From: Candidatus Omnitrophota bacterium
Lineage (GTDB): Bacteria > Omnitrophota > Gorgyraeia > Gygaellales > Profunditerraquicolaceae
DNA length: 64,000 bases
Assembly: GCA_903852325.1 (NCBI GenBank)
Contig: CAINQO010000035.1
Span: 34,117 to 98,116 of the forward strand
Direction of reading: 5' to 3'
In this document: one piece after another, positions 45,883 through 55,645 of the stretch
How positions within the stretch are numbered: the first letter of the stretch is position 1
Layout of the letters: each line of letters starts with the position of its first letter
Notes under the pieces: model-generated
Told to the model about the DNA's origin: nothing
Databases searched by the model: none
What the model saw: only the letters and a program-made list of their open reading frames with translations
Made by a program: the position numbers and the translations under genes

Positions 45883-47145
45883 ATGGCTCAGCAGACATTA
45901 AAAGGCAGGGTCCGCGAAGATTTTCTGGCTAAATACAGCAGCGTTCTATTCAAAAGCGCCGGCAATAAGGGCGAGGTGGCCAACGTCGTGCGCAATATCC
46001 TGGAAGGGATCTTGAGCCAGCCGCGCAGTCCGCTTAAAGAAATTGAGCGGGACGCGATCATTAATGAACTGGTCGATGAATTCGCCGGACTGGGTCCGAT
46101 CGAACAATTAATGATGGATCCGGATGTTACGGAAATTATGATCAACGGGACGCATAATGTCTATGTGGAAAAGTTCGGCAAGAAAGTGCTCACCGGGATG
46201 CGTTTTGACAGCGATCAGCAATTAATGTATGTCATCCAGAAGATACTTTCGCCGACCAGAAGAAGGGTCGACGAATCGGTGCCCTATACGGACATCTGCC
46301 TTCCCGACGGCTCCCGCGTGAATATTATTATTCCGCCTTTGGCTTTAGACGGCCCGACGATCACCATCCGTAAGTTCCTGAAAAAGATCACTACCGCCGA
46401 AAACCTGATTGAATTAGGGACGCTGGACCGCAGGATGGCGGATTTTTTGATCGCCTGCATTAAGGCCAAGGCCAATATTATCTTTGCCGGCGCTACCGGA
46501 AGCGGTAAAACGACTACGGTGGGGGTGCTCTCCGGCTATATCGGTAATGACGAGCGGACGATTACGATTGAAGATACGGCAGAATTACATTTGGCGCAGG
46601 ACCATGTGGTCAGATTGGAAACCAAGCCGCCGAATATCGAAGGCAAGGGTGAAATTACCATCCGCGACCTTTTCCGCAATACCCTGCGTATGCGTCCGCA
46701 GAGAATAATCTTAGGAGAGATCAGAAGCGCCGAGGCGCTGGATATGCTTCAAGCAATGTGTTCGGGGCACAGCGGAGCGCTTTCGGTTATTCACGCTGAT
46801 ACACCGCAGGATGTTTTGCACCGGTTAGAGACGATGATCCTGATGTCCGGGATCCCGATCAGTTTGGAGGCAATCCACCGGCAGATCGTTTCGGCGCTGC
46901 ATTTGGTCATTCAGCAGGACCAGTTGGTTGACGGCGGCCGTAAGATCACCCGGATCAGTCAGGTTAACGGTTTAAAGGACGGCTGGGTAAATCTGGAAGA
47001 CCTTTTTTATTATGAAATTGAAAGCGTGGATAAGGAGGGCAGGGTCCACGGCCGTTTCCGGGCTACGGGTGTTGTCCCGGTATTCTACCCTATTTTTGCC
47101 AAAAGAGGGGTAGTGTTGAACAAGGATGTTTTTAATAAGGACTAA
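45883..47145 (+). CDS. CpaF/TadA-family type II/IV secretion ATPase (orphan)
   Basis: Walker A GATGSGKTT, then the Asp box and Walker B typical of CpaF. 420 aa. No other tad/pil genes in the window. Confidence 0.8.
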   Translation: MAQQTLKGRVREDFLAKYSSVLFKSAGNKGEVANVVRNILEGILSQPRSPLKEIERDAIINELVDEFAGLGPIEQLMMDPDVTEIMINGTHNVYVEKFGKKVLTGMRFDSDQQLMYVIQKILSPTRRRVDESVPYTDICLPDGSRVNIIIPPLALDGPTITIRKFLKKITTAENLIELGTLDRRMADFLIACIKAKANIIFAGATGSGKTTTVGVLSGYIGNDERTITIEDTAELHLAQDHVVRLETKPPNIEGKGEITIRDLFRNTLRMRPQRIILGEIRSAEALDMLQAMCSGHSGALSVIHADTPQDVLHRLETMILMSGIPISLEAIHRQIVSALHLVIQQDQLVDGGRKITRISQVNGLKDGWVNLEDLFYYEIESVDKEGRVHGRFRATGVVPVFYPIFAKRGVVLNKDVFNKD

Positions 47146-47152
47146 AATAAAA

Positions 47153-48403
47153 ATGAATTGGAGTAAAGTATTTATTCCCACGCTGAAAGAAACCCCTAAA
47201 GAAGCCGAGTCTACCGGCCACCAGTTGTTGCTGCGCGCCGGGTTTGTGCGGATGCTTATGGCCGGGGCCTACACTTATTTGCCGATGGGTTTAAGAGTGC
47301 TGGAGAATATTCAGGGGATCATCCGCCAGGAAATGAATGCCACAGGGGCAAGCGAGCTGCTCCTGCCGGCGCTGCATCCTTTAGAGCTTTGGCAGAAAAC
47401 CGGCAGGGATAAGGACCTGGGGGAAGTGATGTTTAAATTTAAGGACCGCCGGGGCAGGGAGCTGTCTTTGGGGCCGACGCATGAAGAAATAATCACCGAT
47501 CTGGTGAAAAATAATCTTTCCAGTTACCGGCAGCTTCCGCTGGTTTTATACCAGATCCAAACCAAATTTCGCGATGAGATCCGGCCGCGGTTCGGCCTGA
47601 TCCGCTGCTGCGAATTCATTATGAAGGATGCCTATAGTTTCGACGAGGATGAGGCGGGGTTGGATAAAAATTACCAGTTGATGTTTGAGGCGTATAAAAG
47701 GATATTCGCCCGGTGCGGATTAAAGGTGTTGATCACCGAAGCCGATTCCGGGGTGATGGGGGGCAAGGTCTCCCATGAATTTATGGTTGAGGCGCCTTTA
47801 GGGGAAGATGTGGTTTGTTTCTGCCCGCAGTGTAAGACCGCTAAAGCCGCCAAGGGCGGTTCCAGCCTTTGTTTTACCTGTAATACGGAAATGCGGCAGG
47901 TGAATACCATCGAGATCGGCCACATCTTTAAATTAGGCACTAAATACAGCCAGGCGCTGGAGGCGGTTTTTCCCGATAAGAGCGGCCAGTTGAAGCCTTT
48001 GATCATGGGTTGTTACGGTATCGGGGTATCCCGCCTTGTCTCGGCGATCATTGAACAGAACAATGACGCTGACGGGATCCTTTGGCCCAAAGAAGTCGCT
48101 CCTTTTCAAATTATTCTTTTGCCTTTGGACGTAACCAATCCGGAGATTATGGAGGCGGCCAACAGCCTGTACCGCCAACTGGCAGAAAACGGAATAGAGG
48201 TGTTGTTTGACGACCGTAATGAACGGGCGGGGGTAAAATTCAAGGATGCCGATTTGATTGGGGTCCCCTTAAGTATCGTCATCGGCAAAAAAAGCATCGA
48301 AGAAAAAAGTATTGAATTAAGGGTGCGCAAGGATAAAAGCTCCCAGCTGGTCCCGCAGGCGCAGGCCTTAAACATGGTAAAGAATTTATTGGCTAATCTT
48401 TAA
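47153..48403 (+). CDS. proS: Prolyl-tRNA synthetase (short form without the INS editing domain)
   Basis: Class II motifs (FRDE, GxGxGxxR) and C-terminal anticodon-binding domain. Start chosen at MNWSKVFIPTLKE (the track ATG at 47126 lies inside the cpaF 3' end). Confidence 0.85.
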   Translation: MNWSKVFIPTLKETPKEAESTGHQLLLRAGFVRMLMAGAYTYLPMGLRVLENIQGIIRQEMNATGASELLLPALHPLELWQKTGRDKDLGEVMFKFKDRRGRELSLGPTHEEIITDLVKNNLSSYRQLPLVLYQIQTKFRDEIRPRFGLIRCCEFIMKDAYSFDEDEAGLDKNYQLMFEAYKRIFARCGLKVLITEADSGVMGGKVSHEFMVEAPLGEDVVCFCPQCKTAKAAKGGSSLCFTCNTEMRQVNTIEIGHIFKLGTKYSQALEAVFPDKSGQLKPLIMGCYGIGVSRLVSAIIEQNNDADGILWPKEVAPFQIILLPLDVTNPEIMEAANSLYRQLAENGIEVLFDDRNERAGVKFKDADLIGVPLSIVIGKKSIEEKSIELRVRKDKSSQLVPQAQALNMVKNLLANL

Positions 48404-48417
48404 AAAGCGGAGCGGTT

Positions 48418-48876
48418 TTGGCCAACGAAGGATTAATTGAACAGTTAAATGATTTATTTTCCGGCTTTTTGGAGAACAAGGGGCTGGAGCTTGTGGAATT
48501 ACTCCACCAGTACGGCGGCCCGAAATTGATCCTGACCGTTTTAGCGGACAGGCCGCAGGGAGGGATAACCCTTGCCGAGTGCGCCCGGGTTTGCAAGGGA
48601 TTAAAAGAACTTTTGGAGGAAAAAAACCTGATTCCCGGCGACTATATCCTGGAGGTGGCTTCTCCGGGGCTGGACCGGCCGCTGAAAAGCGACAAAGATT
48701 TTAGCCGCGCGGTAAATAAAGAAGCGGTATTTTTCCTGAATGATCCGGTAAACGGCAAAATCCAGTGGCAGGGGATAATTCAGCAGGCCGATGAAAATTC
48801 CGTATCCATCCAGGTTGCAGGAGAAGCGATTGGGATCCCATTGATAAAAATAAATAAAGCAAGATTAGTAATTTAA
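48418..48876 (+). CDS. rimP: Ribosome maturation factor RimP
   Basis: Conserved position immediately upstream of nusA-infB, plus a typical RimP N-domain. 152 aa. Confidence 0.85.
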   Translation: MANEGLIEQLNDLFSGFLENKGLELVELLHQYGGPKLILTVLADRPQGGITLAECARVCKGLKELLEEKNLIPGDYILEVASPGLDRPLKSDKDFSRAVNKEAVFFLNDPVNGKIQWQGIIQQADENSVSIQVAGEAIGIPLIKINKARLVI

Positions 48877-48891
48877 TCGGAGAAATAAAAA

Positions 48892-50184
48892 ATGAGTCAG
48901 GAACTTTTGGCAATTATCGAACAGATTGAACGCGAAAAAGGAATTAAAAAAGAGATCATGCTTGAAGCCGTGGAAAGCGCGATGCTTTCCGCCGCAAAAA
49001 GGGTGATCGATTTAAAGCCGGATGAGGAATTTAAGGTGCAGATCGACCGGGTTACCGGAGAGATCCGCGCTTTCCGGAATAATGAGCCGGTGACCAATAT
49101 TGATTTCGGCAGGATCGCCGCTTCTACCGCGCGCCAGGTGATCATCCAGAAAATGCGGGAAGCGGAAAAGGATGTGGTTTTTATGGAATTTCAGGCCCGG
49201 GTCGGTGAAATTGTCAGCGGCACGGTGTACCGATTTGAAAAAGGGAATGTGATCGTGGATTTATTGGGCAAGGCTGAAGGGGTCCTTTTAAAACGGGAAC
49301 AATCCCCGAAGGAAGAATTTAAGCAGGGGCAGCGTATCCGCGCTTATGTGGTCGAAGTAAAAAAAGACACTAAGGGGCCGCAGATTATCCTCTCCCGGGC
49401 GCACCCAAATTTGGTTAAAGAGTTGTTCGAGCTGGAGGTTCCCGAGATCTATGAAGGGATCGTGGAGATTCGGGGGATTTCCCGTCAGGCCGGAGAGCGC
49501 ACCAAGATCTCCGTTTATTCCAAGAACGATAAGGTCGACGCGGTAGGGGCATGCGTGGGGATGCGCGGAAACCGGGTGCGCAATATCGTCAATGAATTGC
49601 AGGGAGAAAAGATCGATATCGTGCGTTTCAATGAAGATGTGCGTGAATATATCAAGGCGGCATTATCGCCGGCCAAGGTTTCGGAAATCAAGCTGGACCG
49701 GGATAAAATGAAGGCCGAAGTCGTCGTGGATGATGACCAGCTTTCTTTGAGCATCGGAAAACACGGCCAGAATGTTCGCCTGGCATCGCGCCTGGTCGGT
49801 TGGGAACTGGATATCCGCACCAAGAGTATGATCGCCGCGGAAGCGCTGGGCGGCACTGCGCCCGCTGCCGAAGCTGTTGCGGAAACAGGAGCGCCGGCCG
49901 GGGAAGAAGAAGCTAAGCCCAAGAAAGCAAAAAAAGCGGCTAAAAAATCCGCCAAGCCAGAGTCAAAAAAAGAAAGTAAAAAAGAAGCGAAAAAAGAAGA
50001 GGGCAAGGAAGCCTCTTTGGGGGAATCTCTGGGGGTAAGTGAAAAGATCGCCGAGAGCCTCAAAGCCTCCGGGGTTAAAAACGCCGCGGACGTGATTAAA
50101 TTGGGAGTGGAAGGGCTTACCCAAATCAAAGGGATCGGTGAAAAGAAGGCGGAAAAAATCATTGCGGAAGCAAAAAAATTGTAA
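48892..50184 (+). CDS. nusA: Transcription termination/antitermination factor NusA (with Lys-rich linker and C-terminal HhH)
   Basis: S1 and KH domains (GEIVSGTVYRFEKGNVIVDL, GMRGNRVRNIV). 430 aa. Confidence 0.95.
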   Translation: MSQELLAIIEQIEREKGIKKEIMLEAVESAMLSAAKRVIDLKPDEEFKVQIDRVTGEIRAFRNNEPVTNIDFGRIAASTARQVIIQKMREAEKDVVFMEFQARVGEIVSGTVYRFEKGNVIVDLLGKAEGVLLKREQSPKEEFKQGQRIRAYVVEVKKDTKGPQIILSRAHPNLVKELFELEVPEIYEGIVEIRGISRQAGERTKISVYSKNDKVDAVGACVGMRGNRVRNIVNELQGEKIDIVRFNEDVREYIKAALSPAKVSEIKLDRDKMKAEVVVDDDQLSLSIGKHGQNVRLASRLVGWELDIRTKSMIAAEALGGTAPAAEAVAETGAPAGEEEAKPKKAKKAAKKSAKPESKKESKKEAKKEEGKEASLGESLGVSEKIAESLKASGVKNAADVIKLGVEGLTQIKGIGEKKAEKIIAEAKKL

Positions 50185-50239
50185 TCGCTTTTATATAAAA
50201 TAAAGCTGCACTTTAAAGAGCGCAGAGAAAAGAGAAAAA

Positions 50240-52546
50240 ATGCCCAAAACAAAAAAAGAAAAACCCCCGGTAGAAAAAACAGCTAAACCTAAAAAAACCG
50301 CGGCCAAGGAAGCAGCTAAGCCTAAGGCGGTCAAAGCGGCCAAGCCTAAACCTTCCGCAGTAAGGGCGGTCAAGGAAAGTAAGCCAAGCCCGAAGCCGGT
50401 ATTTAAATCCATGCTTAAACCGGGGCCAAAGCCTGATTTTAGGCCCCTGGTTAAAACTCAGATTAAGCCGGTGGTAAAACCTGAAATCAAGCCGGAAATA
50501 AAGCACGAGGTTAAGCCGGCAATAAAACCCGAACTCAAACCCGAGCATAAGCCTGAAGTTAAGCATGAAATTAAGCATGAGGTAAAGCACGAAGCAAAGC
50601 ACGAAGCAAAGCACGAGGTGAAGCCTGAAATTAAACATGAGGTAAAACCGGAAACGAAATCTGATATAAAACCTGAGGTTAAAGTTGCGCATAAGCCGGA
50701 AGTTAAGGCTGAGCATAAGCCGGAAGTTAAGGTTAAAGTTTCGGCCCCGGTTCCGGTTGTTCCTGTCGAAGTTAAGGCTCCGGCGGCCCCAGAAAAAGAG
50801 ATTGAGCTGGAATTGCCGATTACCGTTAAAGATTTGGCCGTAAAATTGCAGGAAAAATCTTCAATCCTCATCAAGCACCTTATGGGGATGGGGATAATGG
50901 TGGGGATCAATCAGCCCCTGGACGAAGTTTCTTTAAATAAATTATGTTTAAAATATAATTTCAAAGTAAAAAAAGCGCTTAATGCCGAAGAGATAGTTTT
51001 GCAGGCGCACAGTAAAATAGACAAACCCCAGGATAAAAAGACCCGCGCTCCGATCGTCACCTTTATGGGGCATGTTGATCACGGTAAAACTTCTCTTTTG
51101 GATGCGATCCGTAATACTAAAGTAGCGGATAAAGAGCACGGAGGGATCACCCAGCATATCGGCGCCTACCGGGTGCAACTTCCCCAGGGGGAGATCACTT
51201 TCCTGGATACGCCGGGCCATGAAGCGTTTACCGCGATGCGCGCCCGCGGCGCCAGGATCACCGATATCGTGGTTTTAGTCGTCGCTGCGGATGACGGGAT
51301 TATGCCCCAGACGCAGGAAGCGATCGATCATGCCAAAGCCGCGCAGGTCGCGATCATTGTGGCGGTCAATAAAATCGATAAGGCGCAGGCAAATTTGGAT
51401 ATGGTCAAAAAACAGCTGGCCGCGGCCGGTTTAACTCCCGAGGATTGGGGAGGTAAAACCATTACCGTGCCGGTTTCGGCAAAGACCGGAGCGGGGATCG
51501 ATACCCTGCTGGAAATGATCCTGCTGCAGGCGGAAATGATGGAATTAAAGGCCAATCCTGACCGGTTGGCCAACGGAGTGGTAGTGGAAGCCAGGATGGC
51601 CAAAGGCCGGGGCCCGGTCGCCACCCTGCTTATCCAGAACGGAACTTTGCATCTTAATCAAAATATAATCGTCGGCAATCTTTACGGAAAGATCCGGGCG
51701 ATGCTTAATGACCGGGGGCAGGGAGTGACCGCGGTAGGGCCGGGAACTCCGGTAGAAATTTTAGGCATCAGCGGGATTCCTCAGGTAGGGGAGCAATTTT
51801 TCGCGATCGAAGATGAAAAGCAGGCCAAAGAATTGATCCAGGCGCGCCAGGAAAAAGAAAGGATCGCCCAGGTCAAGGAAGTAAAAAGGGTTAATCTGGA
51901 AGAGCTGCATGCCCAGATTGCCGCCGGTGAGATCAAGGAATTAAATTTGATTATCAAGGCCGATGTTCAGGGATCCCTGGAGGCGATTAAAGATACCCTG
52001 GAGAAATTGAATGTCTCTGAGATAAAGATCAATATCCTCCACATGGCTGCCGGCAACATCAATGCCTCCGACGTGATTTTAGCGGTAGCTTCCGATGCCC
52101 TGCTGGTGGGGTTCAACGTTTTATCCGATGAGCCGGCCAAGGAGCTGATCGCCAAAGAAAAGATCGAGGTAAAGATATACAACATTATTTATGAGCTGGC
52201 CAACGATATAAAAGCGGCGGTGGAAGGAATGCTTGACCCGAGGTTAAAGAAAATATTTTTGGGCCGGGCGGAAGTCAGGAAAATGTTCAAGCTTTCCCAT
52301 TCCGGAATTATCGCCGGCTGCATGATTACCAAGGGCAAGATCAACCGCCACTGCCAGGTTACCGTAATGCGTAACGGGGATGCGATTTTTGAAGGCAAAA
52401 TTTCCAGCCTCAAACGGTTTAAGGATGATGTCCGCGAGGTAGGGGAGGGTTTTGAATGCGGTATCGCCATCGGCGGTTTCGACCAATTAGCCGAAGGGGA
52501 TATCATTGAAGCCTACGATATCGAGAAAATAGCCAGGAAGCTGTAA
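50240..52546 (+). CDS. infB: Translation initiation factor IF-2 with a repetitive (KPEV/KHEV)n N-terminal region
   Basis: G-domain [25 protein letters not shown]. 768 aa. Residues about 75-165 are tetrapeptide repeats. Confidence 0.95.
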   Translation: MPKTKKEKPPVEKTAKPKKTAAKEAAKPKAVKAAKPKPSAVRAVKESKPSPKPVFKSMLKPGPKPDFRPLVKTQIKPVVKPEIKPEIKHEVKPAIKPELKPEHKPEVKHEIKHEVKHEAKHEAKHEVKPEIKHEVKPETKSDIKPEVKVAHKPEVKAEHKPEVKVKVSAPVPVVPVEVKAPAAPEKEIELELPITVKDLAVKLQEKSSILIKHLMGMGIMVGINQPLDEVSLNKLCLKYNFKVKKALNAEEIVLQAHSKIDKPQDKKTRAPIVTFMGHVDHGKTSLLDAIRNTKVADKEHGGITQHIGAYRVQLPQGEITFLDTPGHEAFTAMRARGARITDIVVLVVAADDGIMPQTQEAIDHAKAAQVAIIVAVNKIDKAQANLDMVKKQLAAAGLTPEDWGGKTITVPVSAKTGAGIDTLLEMILLQAEMMELKANPDRLANGVVVEARMAKGRGPVATLLIQNGTLHLNQNIIVGNLYGKIRAMLNDRGQGVTAVGPGTPVEILGISGIPQVGEQFFAIEDEKQAKELIQARQEKERIAQVKEVKRVNLEELHAQIAAGEIKELNLIIKADVQGSLEAIKDTLEKLNVSEIKINILHMAAGNINASDVILAVASDALLVGFNVLSDEPAKELIAKEKIEVKIYNIIYELANDIKAAVEGMLDPRLKKIFLGRAEVRKMFKLSHSGIIAGCMITKGKINRHCQVTVMRNGDAIFEGKISSLKRFKDDVREVGEGFECGIAIGGFDQLAEGDIIEAYDIEKIARKL

Positions 52547-52566
52547 TTAAGCTGCGCAGAATAAAT

Positions 52567-53550
52567 ATGAATAAGAAGCGGATATTAAGCGGAATGCGTC
52601 CGACGGGCAAGCTGCACCTTGGGCACCTGGTGGGGGCGCTTTCCAACTGGATCAAGCTGCAGGATGAATACGACTGTTTTTTTATGGTGGCGGATTGGCA
52701 CGCGCTGATGTCGGAGTACGAAAATCCGGCTGAGCTTAAGGCGAACATGCTGGATAATGTGCTGGATTGGCTGGCCTGCGGGATTGACCCGGGAAAATCG
52801 GTGATTTTTATCCAGTCGCAGATCCCGGAGCATCTTGAGCTATATTTTATCCTTTCCCTGATCACCCCCCTGGGGCTGCTTGAGCGCTGCCCTACTTATA
52901 AGGAACAACTGCGCCAGGTAACCAACCGGGATTTAAGCACCTACGCTTTTTTAGGTTATCCGGTATTGCAGGCCGCCGACATCCTGCTTTATAAAGCCGA
53001 TAGCGTACCGGTTGGAGAGGATCAATTGCCGCATTTAGAGCTGACCCGCCAGATCGCGCGTAAGTTCAACCATATTTATAAAACAGATTGTTTTTCCGAT
53101 CCCAAGGCCTTGCTTACCCAGACTACCCGGCTTTTGGGTTTAGACGGCCGCAAGATGAGCAAGAGTTATAATAATTACATCGCTATTTCCGAGGCGCCGG
53201 AAGTGATCCGTAAAAAAGTGCAGGGGATGTTTACCGACCCGGCGCGCATCCGGGTCACCGACCGGGGGCATCCGGAAAAATGTAATGTTTATTATTATTA
53301 TGAAGCTTTTTTCCCCGAGATAAAAGACAAGGTCCATGACCGTTGTGTTAATGCCCAGATCGGCTGCACGGAATGCAAAAAAGAACTGGCGGACCGGTTG
53401 ATCGGATTATTGGCGCCTATTCAGGAAAAAAGGAAGGCTTTGGAAAAAGATAAAAAGTATATTCAAGAAATTTTATCCGTTGGACGGGAAAAGGCCGACC
53501 TTTCAGCCAAAAAAACCATCGCCCAGGTCAAAGGGCTTTTAAAGATATAA
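52567..53550 (+). CDS. trpS: Tryptophanyl-tRNA synthetase
   Basis: HIGH-type motif (GKLHLGHLVG) and KMSKS. 327 aa. Confidence 0.95.
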   Translation: MNKKRILSGMRPTGKLHLGHLVGALSNWIKLQDEYDCFFMVADWHALMSEYENPAELKANMLDNVLDWLACGIDPGKSVIFIQSQIPEHLELYFILSLITPLGLLERCPTYKEQLRQVTNRDLSTYAFLGYPVLQAADILLYKADSVPVGEDQLPHLELTRQIARKFNHIYKTDCFSDPKALLTQTTRLLGLDGRKMSKSYNNYIAISEAPEVIRKKVQGMFTDPARIRVTDRGHPEKCNVYYYYEAFFPEIKDKVHDRCVNAQIGCTECKKELADRLIGLLAPIQEKRKALEKDKKYIQEILSVGREKADLSAKKTIAQVKGLLKI

Positions 53551-53719
53551 AGGAAGGGCGGGATGAACCCTGCATTTTCTTGTTATTCAATATTAAAGTC
53601 TTAGGAATTTGATGATTAAACAGAAGGAAGGTGCGGGGGTGAATCCCGCTCCTTCTAATTGTTCAATGCTAAAACCCATACGTTTTAAAGAATTCAATAA
53701 GAAAGAAGGAGCGGGATGA
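53550..53719 (+). promoter_or_regulatory. Tandem (degenerate plus intact) leader element copies E1/E2 upstream of scpA, each with a uORF
   Basis: Pseudo-start AAGGAAGGGCGGGATGAA (53550..53567), then uORF1 MNPAFSCYSILKS (53563..53604). Second pseudo-start AGAAGGAAGGTGCGGGGGTGAA, anti-SD TCCCGCTCCTTCT (53644..53656) and uORF2 MNPAPSNCSMLKPIRFKEFNKKEGAG (53639..53719). Real SD AGAAGGAGCGGGA (53704..53716), exactly complementary to the anti-SD with two compensatory changes relative to the consensus. Confidence 0.6.
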
Positions 53720-54489
53720 ATTATAAAATCCGCTTAGAGATGTTTGAGGGGCCCTTAGACCTGCTGCTTTACCTGGTCAAGAAAGACCACCTGAATATCT
53801 ACGATATCCCCATCGCCAAGGTCACCCAGCAATACCTGGAATATATCAACCTGATGCAGCTTTTGGATTTGAATGTGGTCGGGGAGTTTTTGGTGATGGC
53901 GGCGACCCTGATGCAGATAAAATCCAAGATGCTTCTTCCGGCGGAGGAGTTGGCCGCGCAGGAGGAGGAAGAGGATCCGCGCGCTGAGCTGGTCAAGCGG
54001 CTTTTGGAATATGAAAAATTCAAACAGATCGCCGAAAATTTAAAACAGCGGGAAGCCAGCCAGCAGGAAGTTTTTAAACGCCCCAAGACCGAGACCCCGC
54101 AGGAGCTGCAGGTGCAGGATAAGGAAGAGGAAAAGTATTTTGAAGCCAGCATTTTTGACCTGATCGATGCCTTTTCCCGGGCGATCAAAGACATCCCCCG
54201 GGAAGTTTTTTACGAAGTGATTAAGGATCAGTTTACGGTCGAGCAGAAGGTGCATGATATTCTGCATTTATTGCTGGTAGAAACAAAAATCAAGCTTTCG
54301 GATCTTTTCTCCAAGAGCAAGGGCAAGCTAGAGATCATCGCCATATTTTTGGCGATCCTTGAGCTGGCGAAAATGAAGGAGATCCTTGCCCGCCAGGACG
54401 CCGATTTTGCCGACATTATCATTATCCGCAACAAGGAAAACATAATCCCTTATGAACGAAGAGACCAGACACCCGCTGCTGAAGGCTAA
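53716..54489 (+). CDS. scpA: Segregation and condensation protein A
   Basis: FEGPLDLLLYLVKKDHLNIYDIPIAKVTQQYLEYI. 257 aa. Confidence 0.85.
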   Translation: MNYKIRLEMFEGPLDLLLYLVKKDHLNIYDIPIAKVTQQYLEYINLMQLLDLNVVGEFLVMAATLMQIKSKMLLPAEELAAQEEEEDPRAELVKRLLEYEKFKQIAENLKQREASQQEVFKRPKTETPQELQVQDKEEEKYFEASIFDLIDAFSRAIKDIPREVFYEVIKDQFTVEQKVHDILHLLLVETKIKLSDLFSKSKGKLEIIAIFLAILELAKMKEILARQDADFADIIIIRNKENIIPYERRDQTPAAEG

Positions 54490-55504
54490 TTCCGTTATCA
54501 CCGACGTAAAAGAATCCGAAGAGGATATTGTTTTAAATATATCCCTGCGGCCAAATAAATTTACGGATTTTGTCGGGCATAAGGATATCGTGGATAACCT
54601 TAAAATTTCCATCCAGGCCGCCAAGCAAAGGAGCGAGCCCCTGGAGCATGTGCTTTTAAGCGGGCCTCCGGGTTTAGGCAAAACTTCCCTGTCGCATATT
54701 ATCGCTCACGAAATGGGGGCAAAGATCACCGCCACCAGCGGCCCGGCGATCGAGCGGGCCGGGGACCTGATCGGGATCCTTACCAACCTGGAAAGAGGGG
54801 ATATCCTGTTTATCGACGAGATCCACCGGATGTCTAAAGTCGTGGAAGAATTCCTGTATCCGGCGATGGAAAGTTTCCAGATCGATTTTATAATCGATAA
54901 AGGCCCTTACGCTAAAACGATTAAATTCAACCTCAAGCCTTTTACCCTGATCGGCGCCACCACCCGCACCGGGCTTCTGGCCGCTCCGCTCAGGGGGCGC
55001 TTCGGTTTGTTCTACAGCCTGGATTTTTATAAAGAGGAGGAGCTGGCCAGAATAATCAAAAATTCAAGCCAGCTGTTGACGATAAAGATCGATGACGCGG
55101 CGGCACTGGAGATCGCCAAGCGTTCCCGGGGGACTCCCCGGATCGCCAACCGCCTCCTGCGCCGGGTAAGGGATTACGCTCAGGTGTTGAAAATGGATAA
55201 AGTCGAACGGGCCTCGGCCTCCAAGATCCTGGATGACCTGGGTATCGACCAGGCCGGGTTTGATGACCTGGACCGTAAAGTTTTGAGATTAATTTTGGAA
55301 TCATTCGGCGGAGGGCCGGTGGGGATAGAATCTTTGGCCGCCAGCCTCAATGAAGAAGTGGATACGATCGAAGATGCGGTGGAACCCTATCTGTTGATGG
55401 CCGGATATTTAAAGCGCACTTCCCGGGGGCGCCTGGCCACCCGTAAAGCTTATGAACATTTCGGTTTAAAATTCAACCGGGAACAGCAGGAAGAGATTTT
55501 CTAA
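54452..55504 (+). CDS. ruvB: Holliday junction branch migration helicase RuvB
   Basis: LSGPPGLGKTSLSHIIAHEMGAKITATSGPAIERAGDLIGILTNLERGDILFIDEIHRMS. 350 aa. Confidence 0.9.
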   Translation: MNEETRHPLLKANSVITDVKESEEDIVLNISLRPNKFTDFVGHKDIVDNLKISIQAAKQRSEPLEHVLLSGPPGLGKTSLSHIIAHEMGAKITATSGPAIERAGDLIGILTNLERGDILFIDEIHRMSKVVEEFLYPAMESFQIDFIIDKGPYAKTIKFNLKPFTLIGATTRTGLLAAPLRGRFGLFYSLDFYKEEELARIIKNSSQLLTIKIDDAAALEIAKRSRGTPRIANRLLRRVRDYAQVLKMDKVERASASKILDDLGIDQAGFDDLDRKVLRLILESFGGGPVGIESLAASLNEEVDTIEDAVEPYLLMAGYLKRTSRGRLATRKAYEHFGLKFNREQQEEIF

Positions 55505-55544
55505 ATTAACAATTGCCACTGATTATAATAGGTAGTGGTTGAAA

Positions 55545-55645
55545 GCGTCGAACTAAGCCTATAGGTTACGGTTTATATATATTCGAATATTGAAACGTTC
55601 GACGTAAATTAAAAATTACCACTGATTATAAACAATTTTTAATTT
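55545..55645 (+). promoter_or_regulatory. Conserved structured element upstream of queH (copy 2 of 2)
   Basis: 8-bp stem CGTCGAAC/GTTCGACG (different sequence from copy 1 at equivalent positions) enclosing TAAGCCT..GGTTACG..ATATATTCGAATATTGAAAC, then GTAAATTAAAAATTACCACTGATTATAAACAATTTTT. Confidence 0.6.

Noticed and set aside
49515-50716. Minus-strand ORFs of 245 and 167 aa
   Set aside because: Antisense to nusA and the repetitive N-terminus of infB. Low-complexity translations produced by the tetrapeptide repeat DNA.
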